Notes: a model not told the origin generated them from the letters alone. Positions 15,959 through 30,810 are shown, counted from the first letter of the stretch. The stretch: 64,000 nt of DNA from Octopus vulgaris (GCA_951406725.2 OX597814.1:2418001-2482000); one strand, 5' to 3'. Numbers and translations are program-made.

Positions 15959-16301
15959 GCGCATGTGTGTATGTGTGTGAGTGTGTGTGCTTTTGTATCA
16001 GATACAAAAGCACACACACAAACACACACACACACGCTCTCTCTCACTTTCTCCCCATTCCTCACCCTCTTGTACTATCTTATATCTCTCTCCACCCCTA
16101 CACACTCAACAATACAATAAAAAGAGACAACATTTATGAAAAAGTTCAATCTGACGATTCCACTAGAGTGGACGCAAGCGCTAATATATGATTTATAAAA
16201 GCATGTGACATATTAATAAATATCTCTAAATATAAAACCATCCAGATTTCTGAGTACCTCATTTCTTCTAATATATAATACCTGTACATCACCTCCAAAC
16301 C

Positions 16302-16393
<92 letters not shown>

Positions 16394-16482
16394 AAAATAT
16401 TAGGGAATAAATCCAAACTTACAGGGAAAGATCAGATTTAGGATTGAATCCAATTTTATAGTAAAATATTATATTATATTAA

Positions 16483-16700
16483 ATTAGAGATAAAACCACT
16501 ATTAGGCAAATCAAACAATTAAAAACTTAAGCCAATACATAAAATTAATTAATTTATATTATTTTAAATATATATCAAAATTATTAAAAGTTTAATAAAA
16601 GATAATGAGTAAAACACTACGATCGTTTCATGGCTGTCCAATTCGTAATAATTCGAGTTTTTCATTGTTTGATTTGCCTAATAGTGGTTTTATCTCTAAT
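16483..16700. mobile_element. Fold-back PLE fragment containing the 3' half of a hammerhead
   Basis: Arms 16483-16528 and 16655-16700 are inverted. Minus-strand CCAUGAAAC-GAUC-GUA^GUGU at 16614-16633. Confidence 0.7.
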
Positions 16701-17757
16701 ATAATATAATATATATATATATATATGTTTGAAGACTGCATTCTTTTTATCGCAACGTAATTTTCAGGTCTTTGCCATCGTCAGCCACGAGCTAACTCCT
16801 TTCGGTACTTCGGTTCAGATTGTATGTGTTAAAGTGCACTTTAACTATTGTCTACGCCTAACTTATTATTATTGACGCTTTCTAGTGTTGTTTTATATAG
16901 ACTTTTTTCTATGGTTGTTGTCGTTTCATTTGCCAATGTCTTCGTCCTTCTAGTTTACATAAGTTTGTATTGTTGTATTGTTACACATGAATACAGTTTT
17001 GCAGATATTATTCTCACTAAATTTTTATAAAATTGCTTATCTCTTTATCGATTTCCATTAGCCAATTCAGTCGCCTTTCTGACACCGATTAACACATAGT
17101 GTTGTGCTAAACTGTGTCCTGTTAAGCTAGAGTTGTTTATTTGTTTATCGCTTATCCATTTTCAGTATCTGTCTATCACATCTTTTATTTTCTGATTTGC
17201 AAAAGTTGTCACTCCATTTGCTTCATAAATTGTTATTTTATATCTCATATCGATAAAGATAGTTTTTTTTTTTTTATCTGTTGTCTCTAAACTGTCATTC
17301 TGTTCTTTGTGTTAGTGAACTCATTACTTTGTTTTGATGTTCCGCCAGTGGAGTTTTTGCTGTGCTTTCACAGAAATATTCCCCACTGTTCTATCATTAG
17401 ATGTCTATTCTGTTCGAAGCTCTGACGAATTTCAATTTTTTAAAAATAATCTCGTCTAGTGTTTACACCTCAAAATTTATAGTTCAGCTACAGTAGAAAC
17501 TATTACGTGACTTGGATCCTTTCACTCCATCAGCTCAATGTGCAATAGTGATCCTCATAAATGTAAGGGGTTGTTGTAGTTTACAGGGATATTTTCGATT
17601 TTACTAATTCCTTACTTTGCCTACAATGTACAATTCTTTATCTGAATGCATGTAAATGCATACATCACCGGCCTTTAATGGTATTTGTTATATGTATCAC
17701 ATAATTCCTTCGGGTATCATTTATAGTTGTGATGTTTTTTCTGCCTCTATGTACGCA

Positions 17758-18470
<713 letters not shown>

Positions 18471-19059
18471 CATGTCAGGTCATTTGTGATGTCTACTACT
18501 GTCTGGTAATGTGGAATGGTCGGTGACTGAACAGTTACCTCCTTGTGAGGAGTGGGGGCTAGAATCGCAGTAGGGTTATAAACGAATGAACCTAGTATAG
18601 TGTAGCTAACAATTGCACACACCCTCAGAAACTCCAGCTTGATATCCAGAATACTGGATGACAACTGGGAGTGAGGCACCTCTCAGATTTTTTGTGAAAG
18701 TATATATCCAGGTGAATATCCCTCTTATATAAAACCAGATATGTAGGGAATGTTTACACTTGAGATCATGGCCCTCAAACATACTTGAACATGCGACCCG
18801 TATTAGCACTCAATGTTATACTGTGCCTTATCTCAACGACCAGGAGGGCGTCATGGCATGCATGGAAGCCGCGGACGAAAAACCAGGGTGAAGCCAACCG
18901 CGGATGCAATAACCTCGTGCATATGCATTGCTGGTTCTTTGCACCGACAGCCAATACAAGAGTTTCTCTCAGGGTAACTATTGTTTGCTCTAAAAGAACG
19001 TCGGCTTTTAATTGGGGATGAGATATAAACTTTCGGTATTAATGCTTCTGGTGTCGCTT

Positions 19060-19187
19060 GTGGCTGTGTGGTAAGTAGCTTACTTACCAACCACATGGTT
19101 CTGGGTTCAGTCCCACTGCGTGGCACATTGGGCAAGTGTCTTCTACTATAGCCTCAGGCCGACCAAAGCCCGTCGTATATATGTATG

Positions 19188-19218
<31 letters not shown>

Positions 19219-19440
19219 ATATGTTTATGTGTCTGTGTTTGTCCCCCAACATTACTTGACAACCGATGCTGGTGTGTTTACGTCCCCGTAACTTAGCGGT
19301 TTGGCAAAAGAGACCGATAGAATAAGTACTAGGCTTACAAAAAATAAGTCCTGGGGTCGATTTCTTCGAATAAGGCGGTGCTCCGGCATGGCCACAGTCA
19401 AATAACTCAAACAAGTAAAAGAATAAAAGAGTAAAAGAGT
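19060..19440 (+). mobile_element. SINE family A (small internal deletion)
   Basis: Homologous to 61741-62158. Confidence 0.88.
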
Positions 19441-19477
19441 ATATATATATATATATATATGTATGTATACATATACA

Positions 19478-19516
<39 letters not shown>

Positions 19517-21156
19517 ATATATTAAATATATTAAACTATATGTTTGCATGTGTATATATATATATATGTGTGTGTGCGTGAATGTGGCTTTGCGTTTGTG
19601 TTTGATCCCCACCCCTTGACAACCGGTGTTCTTTTGTTCGTGTCTCGTCAGCAGAAACAGACCAGTGGTATAAATACATGGTTTAAAACAATTACTGAGC
19701 TTGACTCGTTCGACCACACCCTTCAAGGTAGTGCCCCAGCTTGGCCAGAGTCTAATGGCTGAAACAAGCAAACCACCGCATACATACATCACCGCTTTAA
19801 AAGCAGACACTTCTCCAAAAGATGGATTTATTGGTGTTTACAAGATGGAGGCTGGTTTTGCATTTTATGTGTTTCGTTTGCGCCTTTGAAACGTAAAAGT
19901 TTCGGAAAGAAAAGGCATCCAAAGCAGAGTCACCCGTTTGAGAGTCATTGATGGTAAAATTTCGTGTTTCGTGTTGCTTAATCGCAGCCCACGCATGAGC
20001 AGGCTGATCAAGTCCGTTCCATCCATGCCCAACCCTATCCTCTTTGAGGTAATTAAGAGTACATTATTCAATGTGTCGTTTACTTTCCCCAGACGATAAA
20101 TTATAAATTTGAGGGATAATTGGCTCGTATTTCTCGCTCGCTGGCACGTTTCCAATAGTTACGTTCTTTTGAGAAACGAGTTCTTTGTGGACGATGGACG
20201 CCGTGCATTTGCTTATGTTTTCAAACTCACCACGCACAAAATAAAAGTATATACAAACTCACACACACACAAACACGCATGCACACACACACACACAAAC
20301 ACGCATGCACACACGCACACACACACAAAAACATAATGGCCCAAAATCAAGCAATGTGTTTATCTATAAAATATATATATAACTACAGCATTGAAAAATT
20401 ACAAAGATATATTTGACTAACATACATAATGGCTGATTGTTAAACAACAAAATGGTGGAGTTTGGAACATTTGTTCGGTATATTTTGCTTATTTTCAGCA
20501 TTGACCATACCCAGTGGCAGACTCTGAGGAATTTCAATCATTCTAAGATTGGTTCCAGTGAAGACATTATTTCTGGAATGTTAAAAAAAAAAACCACTGA
20601 TATAAACTATTTTCTTTATATTCTATCATAAATTCTATAAATAATGACATTCGTTGGCGACTTAATTATGGTAATTAAAAACAGGATATTATGCATTTAA
20701 ATTATCCGCTATTTATAGCCAATACAAACACATAGACAATGCTCAAACTTTTACGCTCACATATTAAGCACATGTGTGTGTGTGTGTTGATGTGTGAGAA
20801 TGTGTGTGTATCTGTACATGCCTTGTCTGCTGTGTCTGATTCATAACCTATATGTGTGTGTATATATGTATCCATCTCCATATGCATACATATTTACCTT
20901 CATATATGCATATGCGTGTGAATGTATGTCTAGATTTATGTATGTGTATATACTGCAATATTTTAATCTGTCTGCCTCTCTATCAATCAATCTATCTATC
21001 TAATGATATTCCGCGTTCATGAAACTAATACGAACTTTGCAAAACTGTATAATTCTATAGAAAAGTTGTATCTATCTCTTTGACAAATTGTATTAAGGAA
21101 ACATGTGCAATCGTTGGTTGGTAAAACAAATTGCACAAGCAGTAACAACGGATATG

Positions 21157-21836
21157 CCGTATTTGATGGCCTATAAGACGCTAGGGGTGCATAGGACGCA
21201 CCCTAGCCTAAGCTATACTTTCGTAAAATAAATTACCACTGAAATAACGTTTTAATTCCTCCACTTACCTGTATAACTTTATGTTATTAAAAAAAAGACT
21301 CCGCCGGTTACGACGACGAGGGTCCCAGCTGATACGATCAACGGAACAGCTTGCTCGTGAAATTAACGTGCAAATGGCTGAGCATTCCACAGACACGTGT
21401 ACCCTTAACGTAGTTCTCGGGGATAATCAGCGTGACACAGAGAGTGACAAGGCTGACCCTTTGAAATACAAGTACAACTCATTTTTGCCAGCTGAGTGGA
21501 CTGGAGCAACGTGAAATAAAGTGTCTTGCTCAAGGACACAACGCGTCGCCGGGAATCGAACTCACAACCTTACGATCATGAGCCGAATGCCCTAACCACT
21601 AAGCCACGCGCCCTCACTTATGTTATTACTGGTAATTATAAGTAATTTATTGCATCCACATTCGATATAAACATACCGTGGGCAATTGTTCACCAACAGA
21701 TGGCAGCACACGCTTTGTAAACATACATACCGTACTGAACAAGTTTTGAGCCTACATTCAGTGCACTGGATGCAAGGGGGTGTTTTAAAGCAATTTTGGG
21801 GTAAAAAAAAGATGTCTTATAGGCCATCAAATACGG
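21157..21836. mobile_element. Tc1/mariner-superfamily (Tc2/pogo-like) MITE
   Basis: Perfect 23-bp TIRs CCGTATTTGATGGCCTATAAGAC (21157-21179 / 21814-21836). TA on the right, TG on the left. Confidence 0.88.
21290..21617 (-). mobile_element. Full-length tRNA-derived SINE family D nested in the MITE
   Basis: A-box TGGCTTAGTGG, B-box GAGTTCGATTCCC, CORE/V-like GTGTCCTTGAGCAAGACAC. 11-bp TSD TTATGTTATTA (21279-21289 / 21618-21628). Confidence 0.92.
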
Positions 21837-21955
21837 TAATTATTAGTGTGGGATGAAAATATATTTAAAATTTCCCTCATCCGCTAACAATCGGATATGA
21901 AGGTAATTTCGGCACACATACGTTTTGTTTGTGTGTGTGTGTGTGTGTGCGTGTG

Positions 21956-21997
<42 letters not shown>

Positions 21998-22033
21998 CAT
22001 ATATATTATATATATATATTTGTGCATAAGTGT

Positions 22034-22085
<52 letters not shown>

Positions 22086-22295
22086 CATAGACAGAAATAA
22101 GGGGATATATACATCTATTTATTTATTATAGTCTTACAGCGTTTTTCAGATACGCATTTGGGTGCATTAACGATTAATTGTTATTGATCGACTGAAAATA
22201 TAGAAAACGCCCCAACCCCCACTAAACGTTGGAATATTTTTCTCTACAGAGACGTTAAGAATTATTTCGCGCGGATTAATATCCCTTATTAAAAC

Positions 22296-22354
<59 letters not shown>

Positions 22355-22494
22355 TATATACATAATTATAACAAGGGCTTGTTTTAATTATGTAGATAAT
22401 TATAAAATATTTATAAAATTTACCTATGAAGTTTTATTTCTGTGCTGACCACTTGGAAAAATCATTTATGATTTTACCCTTTATATATATATAT

Positions 22495-22610
22495 ATGGGA
22501 TACAGGCATCCAGCAACAGGACCTCTGTAATGCTATGATGGACCGTGGAGTCTGGCGTAACACAGTAAATTCCATTGTCTCGACTACGGTCGAACAATGA
22601 TGATGATGAT
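22495..22610 (+). mobile_element. RTE LINE extreme 3' end
   Basis: DTGIQQQDLCNAMMDRGVWR..* followed by a (TGA)n tail. Confidence 0.7.
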
Positions 22611-22869
22611 ATGCTCTGTCTGTGTGTAATGAATATATAGGGATAAATTATCCAGGCGGGTACAATAATAGCTCTCAGGTATATTCTATGTATCAGCTAA
22701 CCATACCTAGTAGTAATAAACATCACTAATCGTTTGGTATTAGCAATCCGACTGATAGAAAAATCCGGGTTCGCTTCCATGAATTATAAATATATTCGGG
22801 AATGTAAATTCCGAATAATTACAAAAAATACGGAGACTAGTACCTCTTTAAATCATTAAAAAAAAAAAA

Positions 22870-23400
22870 AATTTACCAGCATAATTAGTTAGTTCAAATG
22901 ACAGACACGTGTTTCTGCTGCTCAGAATATTCGCAGTTGACTACGCAATCCAACATATTCTGCTATGCACCTTTATTCACAGTTTTTCTACAAGGTAGGT
23001 TCGAAGCGAACTGACTTTATACGTTCATTATTTCATCATTCTACTATGTTTAAAAAAACAAAGCAAAGTGATCGAGATATATTAAAATCTGATATGGATA
23101 CAAAATTTATTTTGTAGCTCATCTCAAGTTGAAATTAGTTCCAGGACGAAATCAAGTATTGTATATATATTATTAAATAAGATCAATATAAGTGTTCTGA
23201 TAGATTTTGGCTTTATATTAAAAGTGATTGAACAAGAATAAATTAAAGTTAACTACGTTGATGGAATTCTGTCATATTTATTTCTAAGAGGCTCATATGG
23301 AAAGCGCACTTGCAAATTGAATTTTAGATTACATACTTTCTACAAGAGAAACACGTGTCGGTCAAATTGATAATCTAATTACGCTGTATAAGTAACTATT
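22870..23400. mobile_element. Old inverted pair of PLE termini with decayed hammerheads
   Basis: GAAAC-ACGT-GTC occurs on minus (~22900) and plus (~23348) with similar downstream sequence. Cores are degenerate. Confidence 0.5.
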
Positions 23401-24198
23401 AAATTAAAAGAAAAATTTTAGATTTTAACACCAGACGTGTTAAAAACACTGTTTGGCATGCTCTCAGCACATGAAACTAATAGTAGCACATAAATAAAAT
23501 ATTTTGTTTATTAAATAATATTTATCTCTCTCCAGATGGACTATTTTTTATCACATCATTACGGAACAGTACACTATATACGTACATAAATACATACATA
23601 CATACATGCATACATACATACATACATGCATACATACATACATACATGCATACATACATACATGCATACATAATACATACATAATTCACACATAAATAAA
23701 CATATATTTACAAAATTAAGCATAAAACCAGTTTAAGGATTTTATCAAGTGGTACAATAAAACTATGCAGGTAACAATTTATACTAATATATAATTATAT
23801 AATATAATTATATTAAAGGGTGCAGATAAACCCCACCAACATGCTAGAAATAGACGCCAAATGCCTCTAAAAAGCCGATCTACACTTCGTTAGCACAGGC
23901 TGTAAGCGAACAGATGAATAAATAAGAGTTAAATATGAGTTAACTGTAGATCGATTTCTGGCATAGGGATGTAAAACCCCTTGGTGTTATCAGTGGAATA
24001 TACCCATAGTATATGAAGGCAAATCTATTCCTCATCATATGCTTGTGTATTAAAAAAGTGTTCAAGCTCACGCCATTTAATTTGGTCTTCACAATAAAAT
24101 TGAGTCTACACTATAGAATCATACGTGCGCTAAATGTTAGTTTCTGTACTTAAAACCAGGCTAACACACACACACATACACACACACTCACACATACA

Positions 24199-24253
<55 letters not shown>

Positions 24254-24270
24254 ACACACTCACACATACA

Positions 24271-24387
<117 letters not shown>

Positions 24388-24877
24388 TATAGAAAAGTGT
24401 ATTTGCCAACGCAACGTGGTAGTCCTACGCTGGACGATGTTACTACATTTTAGCCTCAAGAAAACATCTTTTCCAGTTGACTTCCGAAAGTCTGTGTCCG
24501 TATACTGTTGAGCAAGGGGGTTTATTACTCTCTTTTTAGCCTTAGCGATACCTATAGACCAATGGTTTCTGGGATATTTCTCTTCTTCGGTACAGGACAA
24601 TCGCCGGCCAGATATGGCAGCCACATATTCTTGCTCACAGTATATACTTTTAAAGCGGCATACAATCGCTGATCTCGTGAAGAGAAAAACAACTAATTCT
24701 AAATCTTTGAGCAAAAATATACGTAGCAATAGTACCGTACTACTTTTTTCCAGCTGGCTTCCGACAAATGGCCTGAGTACGTATACTGTGAGCAAGGGAG
24801 TCTGCTGCTCCCTTTCTAGCCTTAGCTATACCTGCAGGCATATATATATATATATATATATGGAGAACTCATATGTA

Positions 24878-24968
24878 TTTTAGCTGATGAGTACGGGACA
24901 CTTTTATCTGCTGCAATTTTTGCAACTTGTAATAAAGCCTGTCTTTGTATGAAACAATTGTACTAAAA
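24878..24968 (+). ncRNA. Type I hammerhead ribozyme with extended stem II
   Basis: UUUUAG-CUGAUGA-GUACGGGACA...UGUCUUUGUAU-GAAAC-AAUU-GUA^CUAAAA. 6-bp stem I, palindromic ACAAUUGU stem III; flanked by (TA)n. Confidence 0.88.
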
Positions 24969-25024
24969 ACTAATCCATTCTTGTTGCTTCTTTCTCGTAT
25001 ATATATATATATATATACAGACAC

Positions 25025-25055
<31 letters not shown>

Positions 25056-25109
25056 CATATATATGTATACATATATACATATATATATATATACATATAT
25101 ATATATGTG

Positions 25110-25157
<48 letters not shown>

Positions 25158-25175
25158 TATGCATATATATATATG

Positions 25176-25214
<39 letters not shown>

Positions 25215-25384
25215 AAAGGTTTGAAAATGCAATTTAAACGATGTTTATTTACTTAACCGGTTTCACTCTTTGGTAAAAGATTGTCAAAAGTAACATTGAA
25301 TATTATGGGTTCAAAAGTTTTTACATAATTGTCACATTGAATATTATGAATTCAAAAATGTTTTTTTATACATAATTGTCACAT

Positions 25385-25445
<61 letters not shown>

Positions 25446-25552
25446 TCGGGGTGAGTACTTGATAATTATAAGCACCTGTGTATACCGTTTAGTGGTGTAG
25501 GTGGTGGAGTAAATTGATCAAAATAAAATAAAAACATGATGCGAAGGATTCA

Positions 25553-25802
25553 GCGGTACATATAGTTTCGGGCCTTTATTAGACAGATTTATAACAATGC
25601 ATAATGTATGTCTGTGGCCTTCTTCAGCCGCGCACAACAGCTTCCACAGGACATGTGTTACATCAAAAATTCTTGGTTGGGGATGCAAATCCTCTCATTT
25701 TGATGTAACACATGTCCTTGTGGAAGCTGTTGTGCGCGGCTGAAGAAGGCCACAGACATACATTATGCAATGTTATAAATCTGTCTAATAAAGGCCCGAA
25801 AC
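25553..25802. mobile_element. Near-perfect fold-back element with two hammerhead arms
   Basis: Arms 25565-25668 / 25698-25802 (~104 bp). Minus HHR 25553-25631: GCGG-CUGAAGA-A-GGCC...GGCC-C-GAAAC-UAUAU-GUA^CCGC. The plus arm is truncated after GAAAC. Confidence 0.88.
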
Positions 25803-25844
25803 ATTATATATATATATATATATATATATATAGGTGTAGTTACT

Positions 25845-25923
<79 letters not shown>

Positions 25924-26083
25924 GTATATATATAAATTTTTATAATTATGAGTATAATTGTAATTAGGGTTCAGCAAAATTTGCTTCACCTCATACTGAA
26001 ATTTAGAAATAACAGTTAAAACTAACTATTTCTCTACCATAAAATCTCCATTATTATTAATTAATTTTACCTTTTATTATTAT

Positions 26084-26126
<43 letters not shown>

Positions 26127-26608
26127 TAAAAACGGTAAGATAACAAAAGAAAGAAAGAGACCTCAATATTATGTATTATATATACACGTTGGCGCGCGCA
26201 CACGTCTGAAAATATACAGATTGAGTATTAGTGTCGGCTTGTTAAGAATTTGAGTTTAAAATATAATTTCTTCATTATGGCCTCTGCATCGTTGGATTGA
26301 TTGTACAGGTGTGTTTCTCATTACTTACCTTTGTTCTGCCTTCTAACCCACCCACATACACGTATACACACATACATGGATACAGACATACTTATATACA
26401 TACATATGTATATATACATGCTTTTATATATATGTGTGTGTGTATGTATGTATATATATATGTATATAGACATACAATCATATATCTATTCGTGAACATT
26501 TACTCAACATTTACATAAGCGGTTGTACACATTAACTCACATATATGCATGTACACACATACACATATAAGCGAGTGTGCATCTCTAGTTATAGACATCT
26601 GTGCACAC

Positions 26609-26657
<49 letters not shown>

Positions 26658-26939
26658 TATACATACACATAAACAAATATATAATCGTGTGCATAGATGT
26701 AGATTGATATGTATTTACATACTTATACACCGGAATACACACACATGCATCTACATTTACACACATATATATATATGTATATATATATATATGTATGTAT
26801 ATATATATACACACATCTCCCTACCCAAAGCTCCCCAATAATTACTGTTCCATCCTCCTTTATCTCTGTAATCATTCATTCACAACTGATCCCTATCGAC
26901 TCATTCATTCTTCTTCTTCTTCTTGTTATTTCATCAAAC

Positions 26940-26959
26940 TTTTCTTTAATTACTTACCT

Positions 26960-26992
<33 letters not shown>

Positions 26993-27706
26993 CTCCCTTC
27001 CACTCTTACGCTGCCTCTCCTTCCTGCCGCTTCCTCTCTCTCTCTCTCACATACACACTTTCTTTCACTTCTTACACCCCTCTCATTCCTCCCTCGTTCT
27101 TTCTTTCTTCTACACTCTCCTTACAACACTACATTTTGTCTCTCTTTCTCTCTCTCAGCCTTCCTTTCACTCTCCTTCTTCACTCACCTCCACCACTCCC
27201 ACTTCTTTCTCTCATATTCTTCATTCTCTCCCTTCCTTCTCGCCCCTCTCTCGCTCTCTCTCTCTCTCTTTCTTTGTCTTCTTTTTCGTCGACAACCCCT
27301 CACCTATATACTTGTCTCTCTCAACTACTCTCACTCTCGCTCCTCCCTCTCTCTCTCTATACGCTCTTACTCTTTCCCTTACTCAACCTACATTTAGTAT
27401 TTCATATCTCTTCCTCCCACACTGTTTCTTTCTTACAAACATTCATACACACTCACTCTCTCTCCTTCTCCCTCCTCCTCTCCATCTGTCCGTCTGTCTT
27501 TCTGTCTGTCTGTCTGTCTCTCTCTCTCCCTTCACATTCACATCCAAGCACATCCTCTGTCTTTCAAACACACACTCTCTCTCCTCTCTCTCTTTCTCAC
27601 TCTTCTCTCTATTACTCTCTCTCTCTCTCTTTCTCTCGCTCTTTCTCTCTCTTTCTCTCTATCTTTCATGTCCAAAACACATCCTCTATCTTTCAGACAC
27701 ACACAT

Positions 27707-27739
<33 letters not shown>

Positions 27740-28403
27740 ACTACTCTTTTTCTCCCGCTCTCTCTCATTCTTCTCCCCTCCTCTGTCTGTCTGTCTGTCT
27801 CTCTTCTCTCCTCCTCTGTTTGTCAGTCTCTCTCTCTCTTCTCTCCTCCTCTGTCTCTGTCTCTGTCTCTGTCTCTCTCTGTCTCTCTCTCTGTCTCTCT
27901 CTCTCTCTCTCTGTAGTTCTACATCTCTCCGTCAAGTTGTTATTCCTGCTATTTACAAAATCACACTCTCTTGTTTTTCTTTCATACACTCACAGCCACC
28001 CCCACACAAATACACGCACACACGCAGACACATACACACACAAATGCATACACATACAAATCCACACACACACACACACACACACACACGATGCATCACA
28101 CGATTTCATCACATCTCTCTCCATTTTTCTCTCTCTTACCTACATCTATGCTGTGCCAGTTATTAAAGTAAATATATTATGTGTAGAAACATGAAGCGTG
28201 GTAATGGTGGTGGTGGTGTAGGTAGAGAGTGGAGTATATTGCTTAATTACGGCTGCCTACATTCACCTTGGCGTGATAGCATCGGAGGTTGTGTTACTAT
28301 CTTGATTGGCGGCTAATTTCGTTCCTCTGCCGCCATTTTATAAACCTTGTCAATATTGCTTTGTAATATCTACTTGTTGGGACTCGCGATTTAAAAGTAC
28401 GCG

Positions 28404-28498
<95 letters not shown>

Positions 28499-28502
28499 GT
28501 GT

Positions 28503-28539
<37 letters not shown>

Positions 28540-28594
28540 TGTGTGTTTGTGTTTGTGTGTGTGTGTGTGTGTATGTGTGTATGTGAATTTGCAT

Positions 28595-28639
<45 letters not shown>

Positions 28640-28714
28640 TTTGCGTGTGTGTGTGTTTGTGTGTGTTTGTGTGTGTTTGTGTGTGTGTGTGTATGTGTGT
28701 ATGTGAATTTGCAT

Positions 28715-28760
<46 letters not shown>

Positions 28761-29141
28761 GTGTGTGTGCATGTGAGTTTGCGTGTGTGTTTGTGCTTTT
28801 CTGCGTGCGCGTTTGTGTTTGTGTGTGTATGTGTATGTGGAATCTTGATGTATCTGTGCTTGTGTCCTTGAGTATGCATATGTATGTACATACCAGTGTG
28901 TGTACGTGTGCGTATGTATGTATGTTTGTGTGTATGGCATATTGATGTATCTGTGCATGTGTGCTTGTGTATGTATATCTATGTTCATACCTATGTGTGT
29001 TTTTGTGTATGTATGTGTGTGTGTGCATTTACCTCTCTATATGTGTCTGTGTACGCGTGTGTATGCATGCATCAATATCCTGATATGCGTGTTCGTGCCT
29101 TTATCGTGGTATTTGCCCTTGTGTATGTGTGTATCCGTGCA

Positions 29142-29175
<34 letters not shown>

Positions 29176-29580
29176 TGTGTATGTATCATTATGTTGATGT
29201 GTGTGCATGTGTTTCTACACGCGAATGTGTGCGTATGTATATACGTGTGTGTGCGTGTATACGCCTGAGTGTTTGTACGATATTATCTATGAGGTATGTG
29301 AGCGTATCTATACCCGGATGTATGCGCGCATGTCTTAATCTGGACCGTTTGCAAGCGTGCGTGGTTTGGAGTCGTTTATTTGTGAGTTTGTCTGTGTCTT
29401 TACGACTATGCACGTTTGCTTGGGTATGATTATGTGTGTGTATTTGCCAATGGGTATGTGACTTTTTTAATCCGGATTTATTGTTCATTAATCTATCTCC
29501 GAACCTCTAAGTGCGTCCATGCATGTCGCTGTGTTTGTGTGTGAGTATATCCACCTGTGTGTGTGTATTTGTGTGTGAGT

Positions 29581-29620
<40 letters not shown>

Positions 29621-29630
29621 GTGTGTGTGT
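26940..29630. repeat. Long CT-rich then GT-rich low-complexity tracts
   Basis: Directly visible; source of the 485-aa and 352-aa spurious ORFs. Confidence 0.93.
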
Positions 29631-30351
29631 TTGGGTGCGTTGCAATCTCAGTCGTAGAATCCAATCATAAATCTGTGGAATTTAGTCAATCACAAGATTG
29701 ATCGGATCAAACTCTTCTGGGATCCAATTCCTATTTCGCATTGACAAACCCTGATTGAATCCTTGCCTCACAGATGTAGCAATAATATCGAGAGAGAACG
29801 GAATATTGTACAAGATATTGGCCTGCGAATATAATTTACTTTATTAAAGAAACACTATAATAAACGACAACCTGAAATGACCTAGTAGTTAGGAGATCGT
29901 AGTTTCAATTCCTGGGCTGTGCATTATGTCCTGGGGCAAGGCATTTTATTTCACGATGCTTTTCCAGTTTACTCAGATGAAAATGAACAGAATGAGACGT
30001 TTGGCGCAGCCGTTTTGGCGCACCTCATTTGGCACCGACAATTTGCGCTGATTTATTTGACATCAGATATTTTCAAGCTGCTCTTGTCCTCTCTTTCACC
30101 CTTTCTCTCTCTGTCTCTGTCTCTCTCTCTCTTTTCCTCTCTCTCTTTTCCTCCTCCTCTCTCTCTCTCTGTTTATGTATCTGAACATCTAGTTATGTTT
30201 GTGAGTGTAATATCTCTGTCTCTCACTCTCCCTAATTCTATGTATACATTTGTGCACGGGTGCGTATGTTTCTCTTCAGTGCCAAAATGTATCTACATAT
30301 ACTCGTATATATGTGTGTGTGTGCAAGCGCGTATATATATGCAAATGTATT

Positions 30352-30483
<132 letters not shown>

Positions 30484-30606
30484 TATATATATATATATAT
30501 ATTGGAGCAATCTCGAGTATAACCAGCCGAAATTGCAACGATAATCTGGAACTCATCTGAAGAAAGAAAACTTCGAATGACCCGTCCTAGAGTAGAAAAT
30601 TATTTA

Positions 30607-30810
30607 AGGCGGGGAGCTGGCAGAAACGTTAGCACGCCGGTCGAAATGCTTAGCGGTTTTTCGTCTGTCTTTATGTTCCGAGTTCAAATTCCGCCGAGGC
30701 CTACTTTGCCTTTCATCTTTTCGGGGTCAATATATTAAGTACCAAGTTGTGTGCTGGGATCTATCTAATCGGCTGGCCTCCTCCCCAAAATTTTGTGCCT
30801 AGAGTAGAAA
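30607..30810 (+). mobile_element. SINE family B monomer (tail2)
   Basis: GGCGGGGAGCTGGCAGAAACGTTAGC..GAGTTCAAATTCC..TGCCTAGAGTAGAAA. Confidence 0.85.

Noticed and set aside
17422-17505. CTGACGA...GAAAC
   Set aside because: No convincing stem I or stem II pairing.
21540-21617. tRNA genes (also 31450, 47850, 54750)
   Set aside because: A/B boxes are present but there is no complete acceptor stem; they are SINE heads within TSD-flanked repeats.
26709-28194. 485-aa and 352-aa Leu/Ser-rich ORFs
   Set aside because: Stop-poor CT-rich low-complexity DNA; no domain.
30545-30590. CTGAAGA...CGAA as a hammerhead (also ~40650-40680 on minus)
   Set aside because: No GAAA, and stems I and III cannot be formed.
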